Origin: Chloroflexota bacterium
GTDB taxonomy: Bacteria; Chloroflexota; Dehalococcoidia; JACQUO01
Reading direction: 5' to 3'
Length of the DNA: 64,000 nucleotides
Assembly: GCA_016210205.1 (NCBI GenBank)
Contig: JACQUO010000023.1
Span: forward strand, 3,788 to 67,787
Position 1 is the stretch's first letter. Each line of letters begins with the position of its first letter. Position numbers and translations under genes: made by a program. The notes under the pieces were generated by a model. That model saw only the letters and a program-made list of their open reading frames with translations. It was not told the DNA's origin and did no database searches. Positions 22,181 through 30,757 of the stretch are shown here, piece by piece.

Positions 22181-23386
22181 ATGGCGAAAAAGACCATCCG
22201 AGACGAGCGCATCCGGGGCAAAAGGGCCCTGGTGAGGGTGGATTTCAATGTCCCTCTGGAACCTCAAACGGGCGCCATCCTCGAGGACCTCCGCATCAGG
22301 GCCTGTCTCCCCACCATTAAATACCTCACCCAGCGGGACTGCAAGGTAATCCTCTGCTCCCACCTGGGCCGCCCCGGAGGGAAGGTGGTCGAGAGCCTCC
22401 GCCTGGCCCCTATCGCCGACCGCCTCAAGGACCTGCTGGGCCACCCCGTGGTCTATGTCAAAGAGACCGTCGGCCCAGAGGTTGAGCGCAACCTGGAGCA
22501 CCTGGGGGCGGGCGGGGTCATGCTGCTGGAGAACCTCCGCTTCCACGCCGAGGAGGAGAAGAACGACTCCACCTTCGCTTTCCAGCTAGCCCGCCTCTGC
22601 GATGTCTTCGTCAACGACGCCTTCGCTACGGCCCACCGCGCCCATGCCTCCACCGCCGGCGTGGCCGCCTACCGCCCGGCCCTGGCCGGGCTCCTCATGG
22701 ACAAGGAGCTGACGGCGCTGGGGGCCCTGCTGGGCAACCCCACCCGCCCCTTTGGCCTTCTGCTGGGGGGGATTAAGGTCAGCGACAAAATCGCCCTTTT
22801 GGAGAACCTCCTCCCCAAAATCGACATCCTGCTCATCGGTGGGGGGATGGCGGCTACCTTCCTAAAGGCCAAGAATCTCGGCGTGGGCTACACCCCCGTG
22901 GAGTCAGACCGACTGGACTTCGCCCGTCAGCTCCTCAGCCGCGCGGCCCAAGGGGGCGTCCACATCGAGATGTCGCGAGATGTGCTGGTGGCCTATGGGC
23001 CCCCTCCCGGGGCTGACCACCAGAAGGTCTCCGTGCTGCGGATTCCGCCCGGGAGCCAAATCATGGACATCGGCCCCCGGACTATCACCACATTCCAGCA
23101 GCAGCTCCACAAGTGCAGCACCGTCCTCTGGAACGGGCCCGTGGGGGCGTTTGAGTACCCCGCCTTCAGCGTGGGCACCCGGGCCATGGCGGAATGCATT
23201 GCTAACCTAACCTCCCTGACGGGAGCGACAACGGTAGTCGGCGGCGGCGAGACCACCGCTGCCGTCGAGCGCATGGGCCTTGCCTCCAAGATGACCCATA
23301 TCTCCACCGGAGGCGGGGCCACCCTGGAGTTCCTCGAAGGCAAGACCCTGCCCGGGGTGGCCGCGCTCCAGGACAAGCGGCCCTAG
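22181..23386 (+). CDS. pgk: Phosphoglycerate kinase
   Basis: RVDFNVP, SHLGRP, LLENLRF, NDAFATAHRAHAS, KVSDKI, WNGP, HISTGGGA.LEFLEG. Confidence 0.95.
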   Translation: MAKKTIRDERIRGKRALVRVDFNVPLEPQTGAILEDLRIRACLPTIKYLTQRDCKVILCSHLGRPGGKVVESLRLAPIADRLKDLLGHPVVYVKETVGPEVERNLEHLGAGGVMLLENLRFHAEEEKNDSTFAFQLARLCDVFVNDAFATAHRAHASTAGVAAYRPALAGLLMDKELTALGALLGNPTRPFGLLLGGIKVSDKIALLENLLPKIDILLIGGGMAATFLKAKNLGVGYTPVESDRLDFARQLLSRAAQGGVHIEMSRDVLVAYGPPPGADHQKVSVLRIPPGSQIMDIGPRTITTFQQQLHKCSTVLWNGPVGAFEYPAFSVGTRAMAECIANLTSLTGATTVVGGGETTAAVERMGLASKMTHISTGGGATLEFLEGKTLPGVAALQDKRP

Positions 23387-23396
23387 CGGGCTACGG

Positions 23397-23698
23397 AAAA
23401 AGGGGTGTCCAGAGGAGCGAAGCCCCCTTTGCTGGGCGGTCTAGGGACAGGAGCCGAAGGAGAAGAGGATAGACACACATGAAGTCGTCCCGAAATTCCC
23501 TCGGGGGTATCCCCAGTCCGCTGCCAGCGGGAGAAAGGGGCATCCCTCAAACATCTTCTCTCCCCTCCCGTAAGGATGGAGTGCAGGATAGGCAAGGGCT
23601 GCAGAGGCATAGCCCCTGCCGGGGGTATGGGGGGTCCCCCCATGCTGCTTCTTTCCCCCGCTCCCTTGGCAAGGGCGCGGGGGACACAGGGGAGAGGG
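23397..23698 (+). repeat. Cluster of dispersed G-rich repeat copies (full copy 23594-23698, degenerate fragments upstream)
   Basis: GGGCTGCAGAGG..CCCCTGCCGGGGGTATGGGGGGTCCCCCC..CCCCCGC..GCGGGGGACACAGGGG. Confidence 0.7.
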
Positions 23699-23736
23699 TT
23701 TTGAGATGAGTTCGTTGTGAGAGGAAACCTGCTTCC

Positions 23737-24936
23737 GTGATGACCCTGGAGGAGCTGACCAGGCTGGCCAAGCCCACCCCTTCGAAAATCCTCGTCCTCC
23801 TCATCGACGGCCTGGGCGGGCTGCCCCATCCCCGCACCGGCCAGACGGAGCTGGAGACCGCCTTCACCCCCAACCTGGACCGCCTGGCCCAGGGCGGCAT
23901 CTGCGGCCTCACGGAGCCGGTGAGCCCCGGCATCACCCCCGGGAGCGCCCCCGGCCACCTGGCCCTCTTCGGCTACGACCCCCTGAAGTTCCCCATCGGG
24001 CGGGGCATCATGGAGGCCCTGGGCATCGATATGGAGGTGGGGCCAGAGGATGTGGTGGCTCGGGGCAACTTCTGCACCGTGGATGCTCAGGGCATCGTCC
24101 GCGACCGCCGCGCCGGGCGCATCAGCACCCAGGAGTGCGCTCGCCTCTGCGGACTTCTGGGCGGGCTGGGCCTGGAGGGCGTCACCGTAGTCCCCGCCGC
24201 CGAGCACCGCTTTGTCCTCCGCCTTCGGGGCCGTGGCCTCTCGGCGGAGTTGGCCGACACCGACCCGCGCCAGGAGGGCCTGCACCCCAAGGAAACCCTG
24301 GCCCTCTCCCCCCCAGCGGCCCGCACGGCTACCCTGGCCAACGAGTTCGTGCGGCGGGCTCGGGAGGCCCTGGCGGGGGAGCACCCCGCCAACATGGTGC
24401 TGCTGCGGGGCTTCTCTCAGCTGGCCCACCTGCCCTCCATGCGCGATGTCTTCAAGCTCAACCCCGCCATCGTCGCCGGCTACCCCATGTACCGGGGGCT
24501 GGGGAAGCTGGTGGGCATGAAGGCGGTGGCCACCGGAGGGAGCCCGGCTGAAGTCGTGTCGGCGCTGGAAGGCCTCTACCAAGACCATGACTATATGCTG
24601 ATTCACATCAAGGGTGCCGACCTGGCCGGGGAGGACGGCGATTTTGAGGCTAAAGTGCATATCTTAGAGGTGGTGGACTCTCTGGTGCCACGCCTCACGG
24701 CCCTCAAGCCCGAGGTTCTGGCGGTCACCGGCGACCACTCCACCCCGGCCTTGCTCAAGGGCCACTCCTGGCATCCCGTCCCCTTCCTGCTGTCATCGCC
24801 TTGGTGCCGCCCCGACGGCGTGGCCCAGTTCGGAGAGAAGGCTTGCGCCCTGGGAGGCCTGGGGCGATTCCCGGCCCTCGAGGTCATGCCCCTGGTCCTG
24901 GCCCATGCCCTCAAACTGGACAAATACGGAGCCTAG
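23737..24936 (+). CDS. apgM: 2,3-BPG-independent phosphoglycerate mutase, archaeal type
   Basis: DGLGG, TPNLD, PGSAPGHLALFGYDP, DRRAGRI, TGDHSTP, HSWHPVP. Confidence 0.92.
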   Translation: MMTLEELTRLAKPTPSKILVLLIDGLGGLPHPRTGQTELETAFTPNLDRLAQGGICGLTEPVSPGITPGSAPGHLALFGYDPLKFPIGRGIMEALGIDMEVGPEDVVARGNFCTVDAQGIVRDRRAGRISTQECARLCGLLGGLGLEGVTVVPAAEHRFVLRLRGRGLSAELADTDPRQEGLHPKETLALSPPAARTATLANEFVRRAREALAGEHPANMVLLRGFSQLAHLPSMRDVFKLNPAIVAGYPMYRGLGKLVGMKAVATGGSPAEVVSALEGLYQDHDYMLIHIKGADLAGEDGDFEAKVHILEVVDSLVPRLTALKPEVLAVTGDHSTPALLKGHSWHPVPFLLSSPWCRPDGVAQFGEKACALGGLGRFPALEVMPLVLAHALKLDKYGA

Positions 24937-24965
24937 TTTCCTTTCATGTCATCAGGATGCCATAC

Positions 24966-25066
24966 AGGGGTGCAGGGGGCAGCGCCCCCGCCAGGGGCCT
25001 GGGGGTGTCTCCCAGTCATCCTCTTCCTCCCCCCTCTCTTGCAGGAGAGGGGGCCAGGGGATGAGG
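24966..25066 (+). repeat. Dispersed G-rich repeat copy
   Basis: AGGGGTGCAGGGGGC..GCCCCCGCCAGGGG..TGGGGGTGTCTCCCA..CCCCCTCTC..GAGAGGGGGCCAGGGGATGAGG. Confidence 0.8.
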
Positions 25067-25133
25067 CATCCCCTTGGGAGAGAACAAGGGTAATGTAGCC
25101 TCATTTGGGTGACGCGACACTAGGAGGCAGAGC

Positions 25134-25892
25134 GTGCGTATCCCCATCATCGCCGGCAACTGGAAGATGAACACCACCGTAGCCGAGGCGGAGAGCCTGG
25201 TGCGGGAGATGAAACCTCGCCTGGAGGCCGTCGCCGGGGTGGAGCGTGTGCTCTGCCCCCCCTTCGTCTCCTTGGCCTCCGTGGCGGCCCTCCTGCGAGG
25301 CTCCAGCGTCAAGCTCGGCGCCCAGAACCTCTACCATGAGGACAAGGGCGCCTTCACCGGGGAGATTTCCCCCCTGATGCTGGCGGGCCTCTGCCAGTAT
25401 GTCATCGTGGGCCATTCCGAGCGGCGCAAATACTTCGGCGAGGACAACGCCGCCGTCAACCGCAAGGCCCAGGCCGCCCGCCGCGCCGGGCTGGTGCCCA
25501 TCGTCTGCGTGGGGGAGACCCTGGCGGAGAACGAGGCCGGGCGCACTCGTGAGGTTATCGTGGGGCAAGTGCAGGGGAGCCTGGCGGGCCTGGAGGGGCC
25601 CCTGGTGGTGGCCTACGAGCCGGTCTGGGCCATCGGCACGGGGCGGGCGGCCACCGCGGCGCAGGCCAACGCCACCATCGGCCTCATCCGCCGCACCCTG
25701 GCGGCCCTCTTCGGGGCGGCTCGCGCCCAGGAGCTCCCCATCCAGTATGGCGGCAGCGTCACCGGGGCCAACATCGCCGAGTTCATCGCCCAGCCGGAAA
25801 TCGATGGCGCCCTCGTGGGCGGCGCCAGCCTCAGGGCGGGGGACTTCATCGCCATCGTGGAGCAGACCGCTCGCCTCAAGGGGGTACGCTAG
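25134..25892 (+). CDS. tpiA: Triosephosphate isomerase
   Basis: AGNWKMN, GAFTGEIS, GHSERR, AYEPVWAIGTG, YGGSV, LVGGAS. Confidence 0.97.
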   Translation: MRIPIIAGNWKMNTTVAEAESLVREMKPRLEAVAGVERVLCPPFVSLASVAALLRGSSVKLGAQNLYHEDKGAFTGEISPLMLAGLCQYVIVGHSERRKYFGEDNAAVNRKAQAARRAGLVPIVCVGETLAENEAGRTREVIVGQVQGSLAGLEGPLVVAYEPVWAIGTGRAATAAQANATIGLIRRTLAALFGAARAQELPIQYGGSVTGANIAEFIAQPEIDGALVGGASLRAGDFIAIVEQTARLKGVR

Positions 25893-25990
25893 AGGCGGTT
25901 CGGAAATCTCCTTGGGAAGTGCCGTGGGGCCACCACCCTCTGGCAAGGGCTTGAGACCCCTCGCTCTGCTCAGGGTGACATGCGGTCACC

Positions 25991-26097
25991 AGGGGTGCAG
26001 GGGACGGCGTCCCCTGCCGGGGGTTCTGGGGGTGTCCCCCTAGTAGCTTTCAACTCTTCCCCCTCTCCCCCAGGGAGAGGGGGCCAGAGGGTGAAGG
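25991..26097 (+). repeat. Dispersed G-rich repeat copy
   Basis: AGGGGTGCAGGGGAC..GTCCCCTGCCGGGGG..TGGGGGTGTCCCCC..CCCCCTCTCCC..GGGAGAGGGGGCCAGAGGGTGAAGG. Confidence 0.8.
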
Positions 26098-26181
26098 CCA
26101 GCGAGGGACGGCAGTGGCCGTGCCTGTGCCGCCCTCATGACGGCGTTTGAAGTGCCCAGGGGCCTTGCCCCGGGGAGGACT

Positions 26182-27111
26182 ATGCCCCCCCTCATCGCCA
26201 TCGTCGGCCCCACGGGCGTGGGCAAGAGCGCCCTGGCCCTGGCCCTGGCCCAGCGCCTGGGAGGCGAGATTATCGGGGCCGACAGCCGCCAGGTCTACAA
26301 GCACCTGGACATCGGCACCGCCAAGCCCACTCCCGCCGAGCGCGCCGTCGTCCCCCATCACCTCATCGACCTGGTGGAGCCAGACCAGGAGTTCACCCTG
26401 GCCCACTACCTGGAGCGGGCGCGCCAAGCCCTCGCCGCCGTCCACTCCCGGGGCGCCCTGCCCCTGCTGGTGGGGGGCACAGGACTTTACATAAAGGCTA
26501 TCCTGGAGGGCTGGAGCGTCCCCCTGGTGGCCCCGGACTGGGGGCTGCGCCGCTCCCTGGAGCAACGGGCGGAGGCCCAGGGCCGCCTGGCCCTCTGGGA
26601 GGAGCTTCAGCGCCAGGACCCCCAGGCGGCGGCGTCCATCGACCCCCGCAACCTCCGGCGGGTCATCCGGGCCCTGGAGGTGCGCGCCGCCACCGGCCGC
26701 CCCTTCTCGGAGCAGACCGGCCGGGAGCCGCCGCCCTTTCGCGCCTTGACCCTGGGGCTCACCGCAGCCCGTCCCCTCCTCTACCAGCGCATCGACCAGC
26801 GGGTGGAGGCCATGCTGGCGGCGGGCTGGCTGGAGGAGGTGCGCGTGCTCCTGGCGCGGGGCTATGACCCCTCCCTGCCCGCACTCTCCGGCCTGGGCTA
26901 CCGCGAGCTCGCGGCCCACCTGCGCGGGGAGCTAACCCTGCCCGAGGCGGTAGAGCGCATCAAGTTCCGCACCCACCGCTTCGCCCGCAGCCAGTATGCC
27001 TGGTTCCGCCTCGCCGACAAGGATATACGCTGGTTCAATCTTGAGGACAGACCAGGGGACAAAATGATAGAATTAGCCGAAGGGTTCATCAGGGAGGTGC
27101 GCGATGAATAG
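26182..27111 (+). CDS. miaA: tRNA dimethylallyltransferase
   Basis: GPTGVGKS, DSRQVY, IGTAKP, PHHLID, VGGTGLY, RRVIRALE, GLGYRE; GGAGG RBS. Confidence 0.96.
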   Translation: MPPLIAIVGPTGVGKSALALALAQRLGGEIIGADSRQVYKHLDIGTAKPTPAERAVVPHHLIDLVEPDQEFTLAHYLERARQALAAVHSRGALPLLVGGTGLYIKAILEGWSVPLVAPDWGLRRSLEQRAEAQGRLALWEELQRQDPQAAASIDPRNLRRVIRALEVRAATGRPFSEQTGREPPPFRALTLGLTAARPLLYQRIDQRVEAMLAAGWLEEVRVLLARGYDPSLPALSGLGYRELAAHLRGELTLPEAVERIKFRTHRFARSQYAWFRLADKDIRWFNLEDRPGDKMIELAEGFIREVRDE

Positions 27112-27253
27112 ATTTCTCCTCGGAATCTTCTTCGGCTTGCTTCTAGCGAAATACGGGCCCAAGCTCGTGGAGCAGCTCCGGGAGCGCTGCCAGGAGGCCA
27201 TGGAGGCCCACCGACAGCCCCTGGCTCCCGCGAAAGAGGAGGCACGGCCATAG
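27104..27253 (+). CDS. 49-aa small membrane protein (YtxH-like architecture), not in ORF track
   Basis: MNRFLLGIFFGLLLAKYGPKLVEQLRERCQEAMEAHRQPLAPAKEEARP; GGGAGG RBS; overlaps miaA stop and fills miaA-dapF gap. Confidence 0.7.
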   Translation: MNRFLLGIFFGLLLAKYGPKLVEQLRERCQEAMEAHRQPLAPAKEEARP

Positions 27254-28122
27254 CCAGCGCCGGGCTGGACTTCGTCAAGATGCAGGGCGCAGGGAATGAC
27301 TTCGTGGTCATCGACGCCCGCGCCCGTGAGGAGGACTGGCCCCGCCTGGCCAAGGCCCTCTCCGACCGCCACTTCGGCGTGGGGGCCGACGGCCTCCTCT
27401 TGGTGTTGCCATCAGACAAGGCCGGCTTCCGCATGCGCATCTTCAACCCCGACGGCTCCGAGGCGGAGACCTGCGGCAACGGCCTGCGCTGCTTCGCCAA
27501 GTTCCTGGCAGACCGCGCCCTGGCCGGCGACGAGCAGACTATCGAGACTATCGCGGGCGTCGTCGCCGCCCGCATCCTGGACCGCCAGGGGAGCTACGCC
27601 CGCGTCCGCGTGAGCATGGGCGCACCGGAGCTGGCCATGGCCGTGCCCCGGCCCGGCTTCGGCGCTCGCGCGGGGGACGACCCCGGCGAGGCCAAGCCCC
27701 TGATTGACTACCCCCTGCGCACCACCGACTGGGAGTTCCCCGTCACCTGCCTGTCCGTGGGCAACCCCCACGCCGTCCTCTTCCTGGACGAGCCGGTGCA
27801 GTCCTTCCCGCTGGCGGAGATAGGCCCCGTGGTGGAGAACCACCCCTTCTTCCTGCCCGCCCGCACCAACTTTGAGGTGGTGAACCTGCTGGGCCCGGCC
27901 CAGCTCCAGGGGCGGGTGTGGGAGCGGGGCGCGGGCGAGACCCTGGCCTGCGGCAGCGGGGCTTGCGCCATGATGGCGGCGGCCCGCCTCCACGGCTATG
28001 TGGGCGACCGCGCCGATGTGCAGCTCCCCGGCGGCCTCCTCACGGTGGAGTGGGACGGCGCCGGCGAAATCTATCTCACCGGCCCCGCGGTGACGGTCTT
28101 CGAGGGACGATGGGTGGGGTAG
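27250..28122 (+). CDS. dapF: Diaminopimelate epimerase
   Basis: FVKMQGAGNDF, GVGADG, CGNG, GNPH, ERGAGETLACGSG; conserved N-terminus extends upstream of ATG 27280, likely ATA 27250 start. Confidence 0.93.
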   Translation: MASAGLDFVKMQGAGNDFVVIDARAREEDWPRLAKALSDRHFGVGADGLLLVLPSDKAGFRMRIFNPDGSEAETCGNGLRCFAKFLADRALAGDEQTIETIAGVVAARILDRQGSYARVRVSMGAPELAMAVPRPGFGARAGDDPGEAKPLIDYPLRTTDWEFPVTCLSVGNPHAVLFLDEPVQSFPLAEIGPVVENHPFFLPARTNFEVVNLLGPAQLQGRVWERGAGETLACGSGACAMMAAARLHGYVGDRADVQLPGGLLTVEWDGAGEIYLTGPAVTVFEGRWVG

Positions 28123-28189
28123 GGGTGCAAATTTAAAGGAGCGCTTTACATATAGAAGCGGAGGGTTGTGTCTTAGAGGGAGGAATAGA

Positions 28190-29548
28190 ATGCCACAGCG
28201 AGAGGACAAATACGAGCAATGGGGGGAGTCCGAAGAAGAGGATAACATCATACTAAGTGTACCGCTAGAATATCGCGAGATCAAAGCACAGGAGACCAAA
28301 TTAACGGTAGAAGACTTATGGAACAAATACAAACAACGTTTATTAAACTTGGAGCCAGACTTTCAACGCCATTACGTTTGGGATTCAACTAGAGCGAGTA
28401 GATACATAGAGTCTTTATTATTACAATTCCCTACGCCACCAATTTTCCTGGCCGAGGAAAAAGATGGGACATTAATCGTCGTTGATGGGCACCAACGTCT
28501 GGAGACGCTATTCCGCTTTATGAAGCCTCTACTCAGCGGTCCCTCAACATCAAGTGGAGTACAACTTCCTTATGGCTCCTTATCTCCGCTCAATCTGACA
28601 GGTCTCGGAGTTTTAGGAGAGATGGAAGGCAAGGGGGTTGTGTCGCTTTCGGACGCTAACAGGAAGAAATTGTGGGATACGAAACTTACTGCTCTTATAC
28701 TTCCTCAGTCATTGCATCCCGAGGTGAAATATGCGCTATTCACGCGATTGAACCAAGGTTCAATGAGCCTAAATAACCAAGAGATCCGGAACTGTCTCTA
28801 TCGGGGAGCATACAACCAGTTAATCGCTCGACTTAGTGAAGGCACGCAGTTTCTGTCTCTCTGGGGCAAAAGCTACCCAGATAAAAGGATGAGGCATCGT
28901 GAACTGGTGCTACGTTTCTTTGCGTTCCTGCATCGGATAGGCAAGTATAAGACGCCGTTCAGAGCCTTTCTAGACCAGGAAATGGAAGATAATCGAGATC
29001 TAAGCCCAGAAGAACAGCAGCGATTTCAGCAGCAAATGGATGTTGCCATGCGCTGGGTCAGAAGGGTTTTCGGGGGGCAGGTGTTCAAGCAATTTCTGGT
29101 CGGGAATGCAGATGCTCCCGCTGGGCGCTGGGTAAACCGACGCTACGACCTTATCTATGATGTGGAAATGGTCGGGTTTGCTAACTATGGAGACTCGCTC
29201 GACAAATGGTGGGGCCAGGCTAGTGCAGAAGAGCAGACCCTATTAACCCGTGTCCTTAACCGCAATTTAGCAGGGATAATGACGGATCAAGGCTTCGTAG
29301 GCAGTATTAATCAGGGCACAACCCTACCAAGGACTGTCGAACTTCGGTTCGATATGTGGCTCAGAGAAGTGCGCCGTATCACTCGTGAACCGGAGAGAGC
29401 GCTTGAAGAAGGAAAGGAATTACTTCAAAGCTTAAGCCAATCTAATATCTGTCCTAGTTGTGGGCACCCCATTATGTTTGAAGATGCAACTCGGCGATAT
29501 ATTAGAGGAGGCCTCAAGGTGACCCATCGATTCTGTGGTAGAACATAA
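28190..29548 (+). CDS. DUF262 (GmrSD/ParB-Srx-like) protein with C-terminal Zn/HNH-like remnant
   Basis: PDFQRHYVW, IESLLL..P.PPI, VDGHQRL, FTRLNQG, L..QEIRN; C-term CPSC...HRFC; AT-rich; GGAGG RBS. Confidence 0.85.
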   Translation: MPQREDKYEQWGESEEEDNIILSVPLEYREIKAQETKLTVEDLWNKYKQRLLNLEPDFQRHYVWDSTRASRYIESLLLQFPTPPIFLAEEKDGTLIVVDGHQRLETLFRFMKPLLSGPSTSSGVQLPYGSLSPLNLTGLGVLGEMEGKGVVSLSDANRKKLWDTKLTALILPQSLHPEVKYALFTRLNQGSMSLNNQEIRNCLYRGAYNQLIARLSEGTQFLSLWGKSYPDKRMRHRELVLRFFAFLHRIGKYKTPFRAFLDQEMEDNRDLSPEEQQRFQQQMDVAMRWVRRVFGGQVFKQFLVGNADAPAGRWVNRRYDLIYDVEMVGFANYGDSLDKWWGQASAEEQTLLTRVLNRNLAGIMTDQGFVGSINQGTTLPRTVELRFDMWLREVRRITREPERALEEGKELLQSLSQSNICPSCGHPIMFEDATRRYIRGGLKVTHRFCGRT

Positions 29549-29571
29549 CCAACTCATAGGAGCAAAGCCCC

Positions 29572-30753
29572 ATGCGCCTGGCCAAACGGATTGAGAAGCT
29601 GCCGCCCTACCTCTTCGTGGAGATAACCAAGAAGATAGCCCAAAAGCGCGCCCAGGGCATCGATGTCATCACCTTCGCCATCGGCGACCCGGACCTCCCT
29701 ACGCCGGCTCATGTCATCGCCCGCCTCACCGCGGCCGCCCGCGACCCCGCCAACCACCGCTACCCCGAGTCCGACGGCCTCCCCGAGCTGCGGCGCGCCG
29801 TGGCCGGGTGGTACCAGCGGCGCTTCGGCCTGGCCTTCGACCCCGACAAGGAGGTGCTGCCCCTGATTGGCTCCAAGGAGGGCATCGGCCACATGGCCCT
29901 CTGCTTCATCGACCCCGGGGACATCGCCCTGGTGCCCGACCCGGGCTACCCCGTTTACTCCATCGGCACCATGTTCGCCGGCGGCGAGTCCCACTACCTG
30001 CCCTTGCGGGAGGAGAACGGCTTCCTCCCCGACCTGGACGCCATCCCCGCGGAGGTGGCGCGGCGGGCCAAGCTGCTCTGGCTCAACTACCCCAACAACC
30101 CTACCGCCGCCGTGGCGGACCTGGACTTCTTCCGGCGCGTGGTGGCCTTCGCCAAACGCTATGGCATCGCCGTATGCCACGACGGCCCCTACAGCGAGGT
30201 GGCCTATGACGGCTATAAGCCCGTGTCCTTCCTCCAGGCCGAGGGCGCTCGCGAGGTGGGGGTGGAGTTCCACTCCTGCTCCAAGTCCTTCAACATGACG
30301 GGGTGGCGCATCGGGTTTGTGGTGGGCAACGAGAAGATGGTCAACGCCCTGATGCGGGTCAAGTCCAACCTGGACTCGGGCATCCCCCAGGCCCTCCAGC
30401 AGGCCGCCATCGCGGCCCTGGAGGGGCCCCAGGACTGCATCCCGGAGCACAACGCCATCTACCAGCGGCGCCGGGACAAGGTGCAGGCGGCCCTGGCCAA
30501 GCTGGGTCTCAAGGTCTATCCCTCCAAGGCCAGCCTCTATGTCTGGGCCAGGGTGCCGGAGGGCTGCACCTCGGCGGAGTTCTGCGCCCAGCTCATCGAG
30601 GAGACGGCGGTGGTGGTGACCCCGGGGTCGGGCTACGGCCCGTCCGGCGAGGGCTACATCCGCCTGTCCCTGACCACCCCCGACGAGCGGGTGGAGGAGG
30701 GCCTCTCCCGTCTGGCGCAGTGGCGCCGCGGGGAGAAACTTCACATAAAGTAG
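29572..30753 (+). CDS. dapL: LL-diaminopimelate aminotransferase
   Basis: LPPYLF, IGDPDLPTP, GSKEGI, NYPNNPT, SCSKSFNMTGWRIG; adjacent to dapF. Confidence 0.9.
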   Translation: MRLAKRIEKLPPYLFVEITKKIAQKRAQGIDVITFAIGDPDLPTPAHVIARLTAAARDPANHRYPESDGLPELRRAVAGWYQRRFGLAFDPDKEVLPLIGSKEGIGHMALCFIDPGDIALVPDPGYPVYSIGTMFAGGESHYLPLREENGFLPDLDAIPAEVARRAKLLWLNYPNNPTAAVADLDFFRRVVAFAKRYGIAVCHDGPYSEVAYDGYKPVSFLQAEGAREVGVEFHSCSKSFNMTGWRIGFVVGNEKMVNALMRVKSNLDSGIPQALQQAAIAALEGPQDCIPEHNAIYQRRRDKVQAALAKLGLKVYPSKASLYVWARVPEGCTSAEFCAQLIEETAVVVTPGSGYGPSGEGYIRLSLTTPDERVEEGLSRLAQWRRGEKLHIK

Positions 30754-30757
30754 GAGT

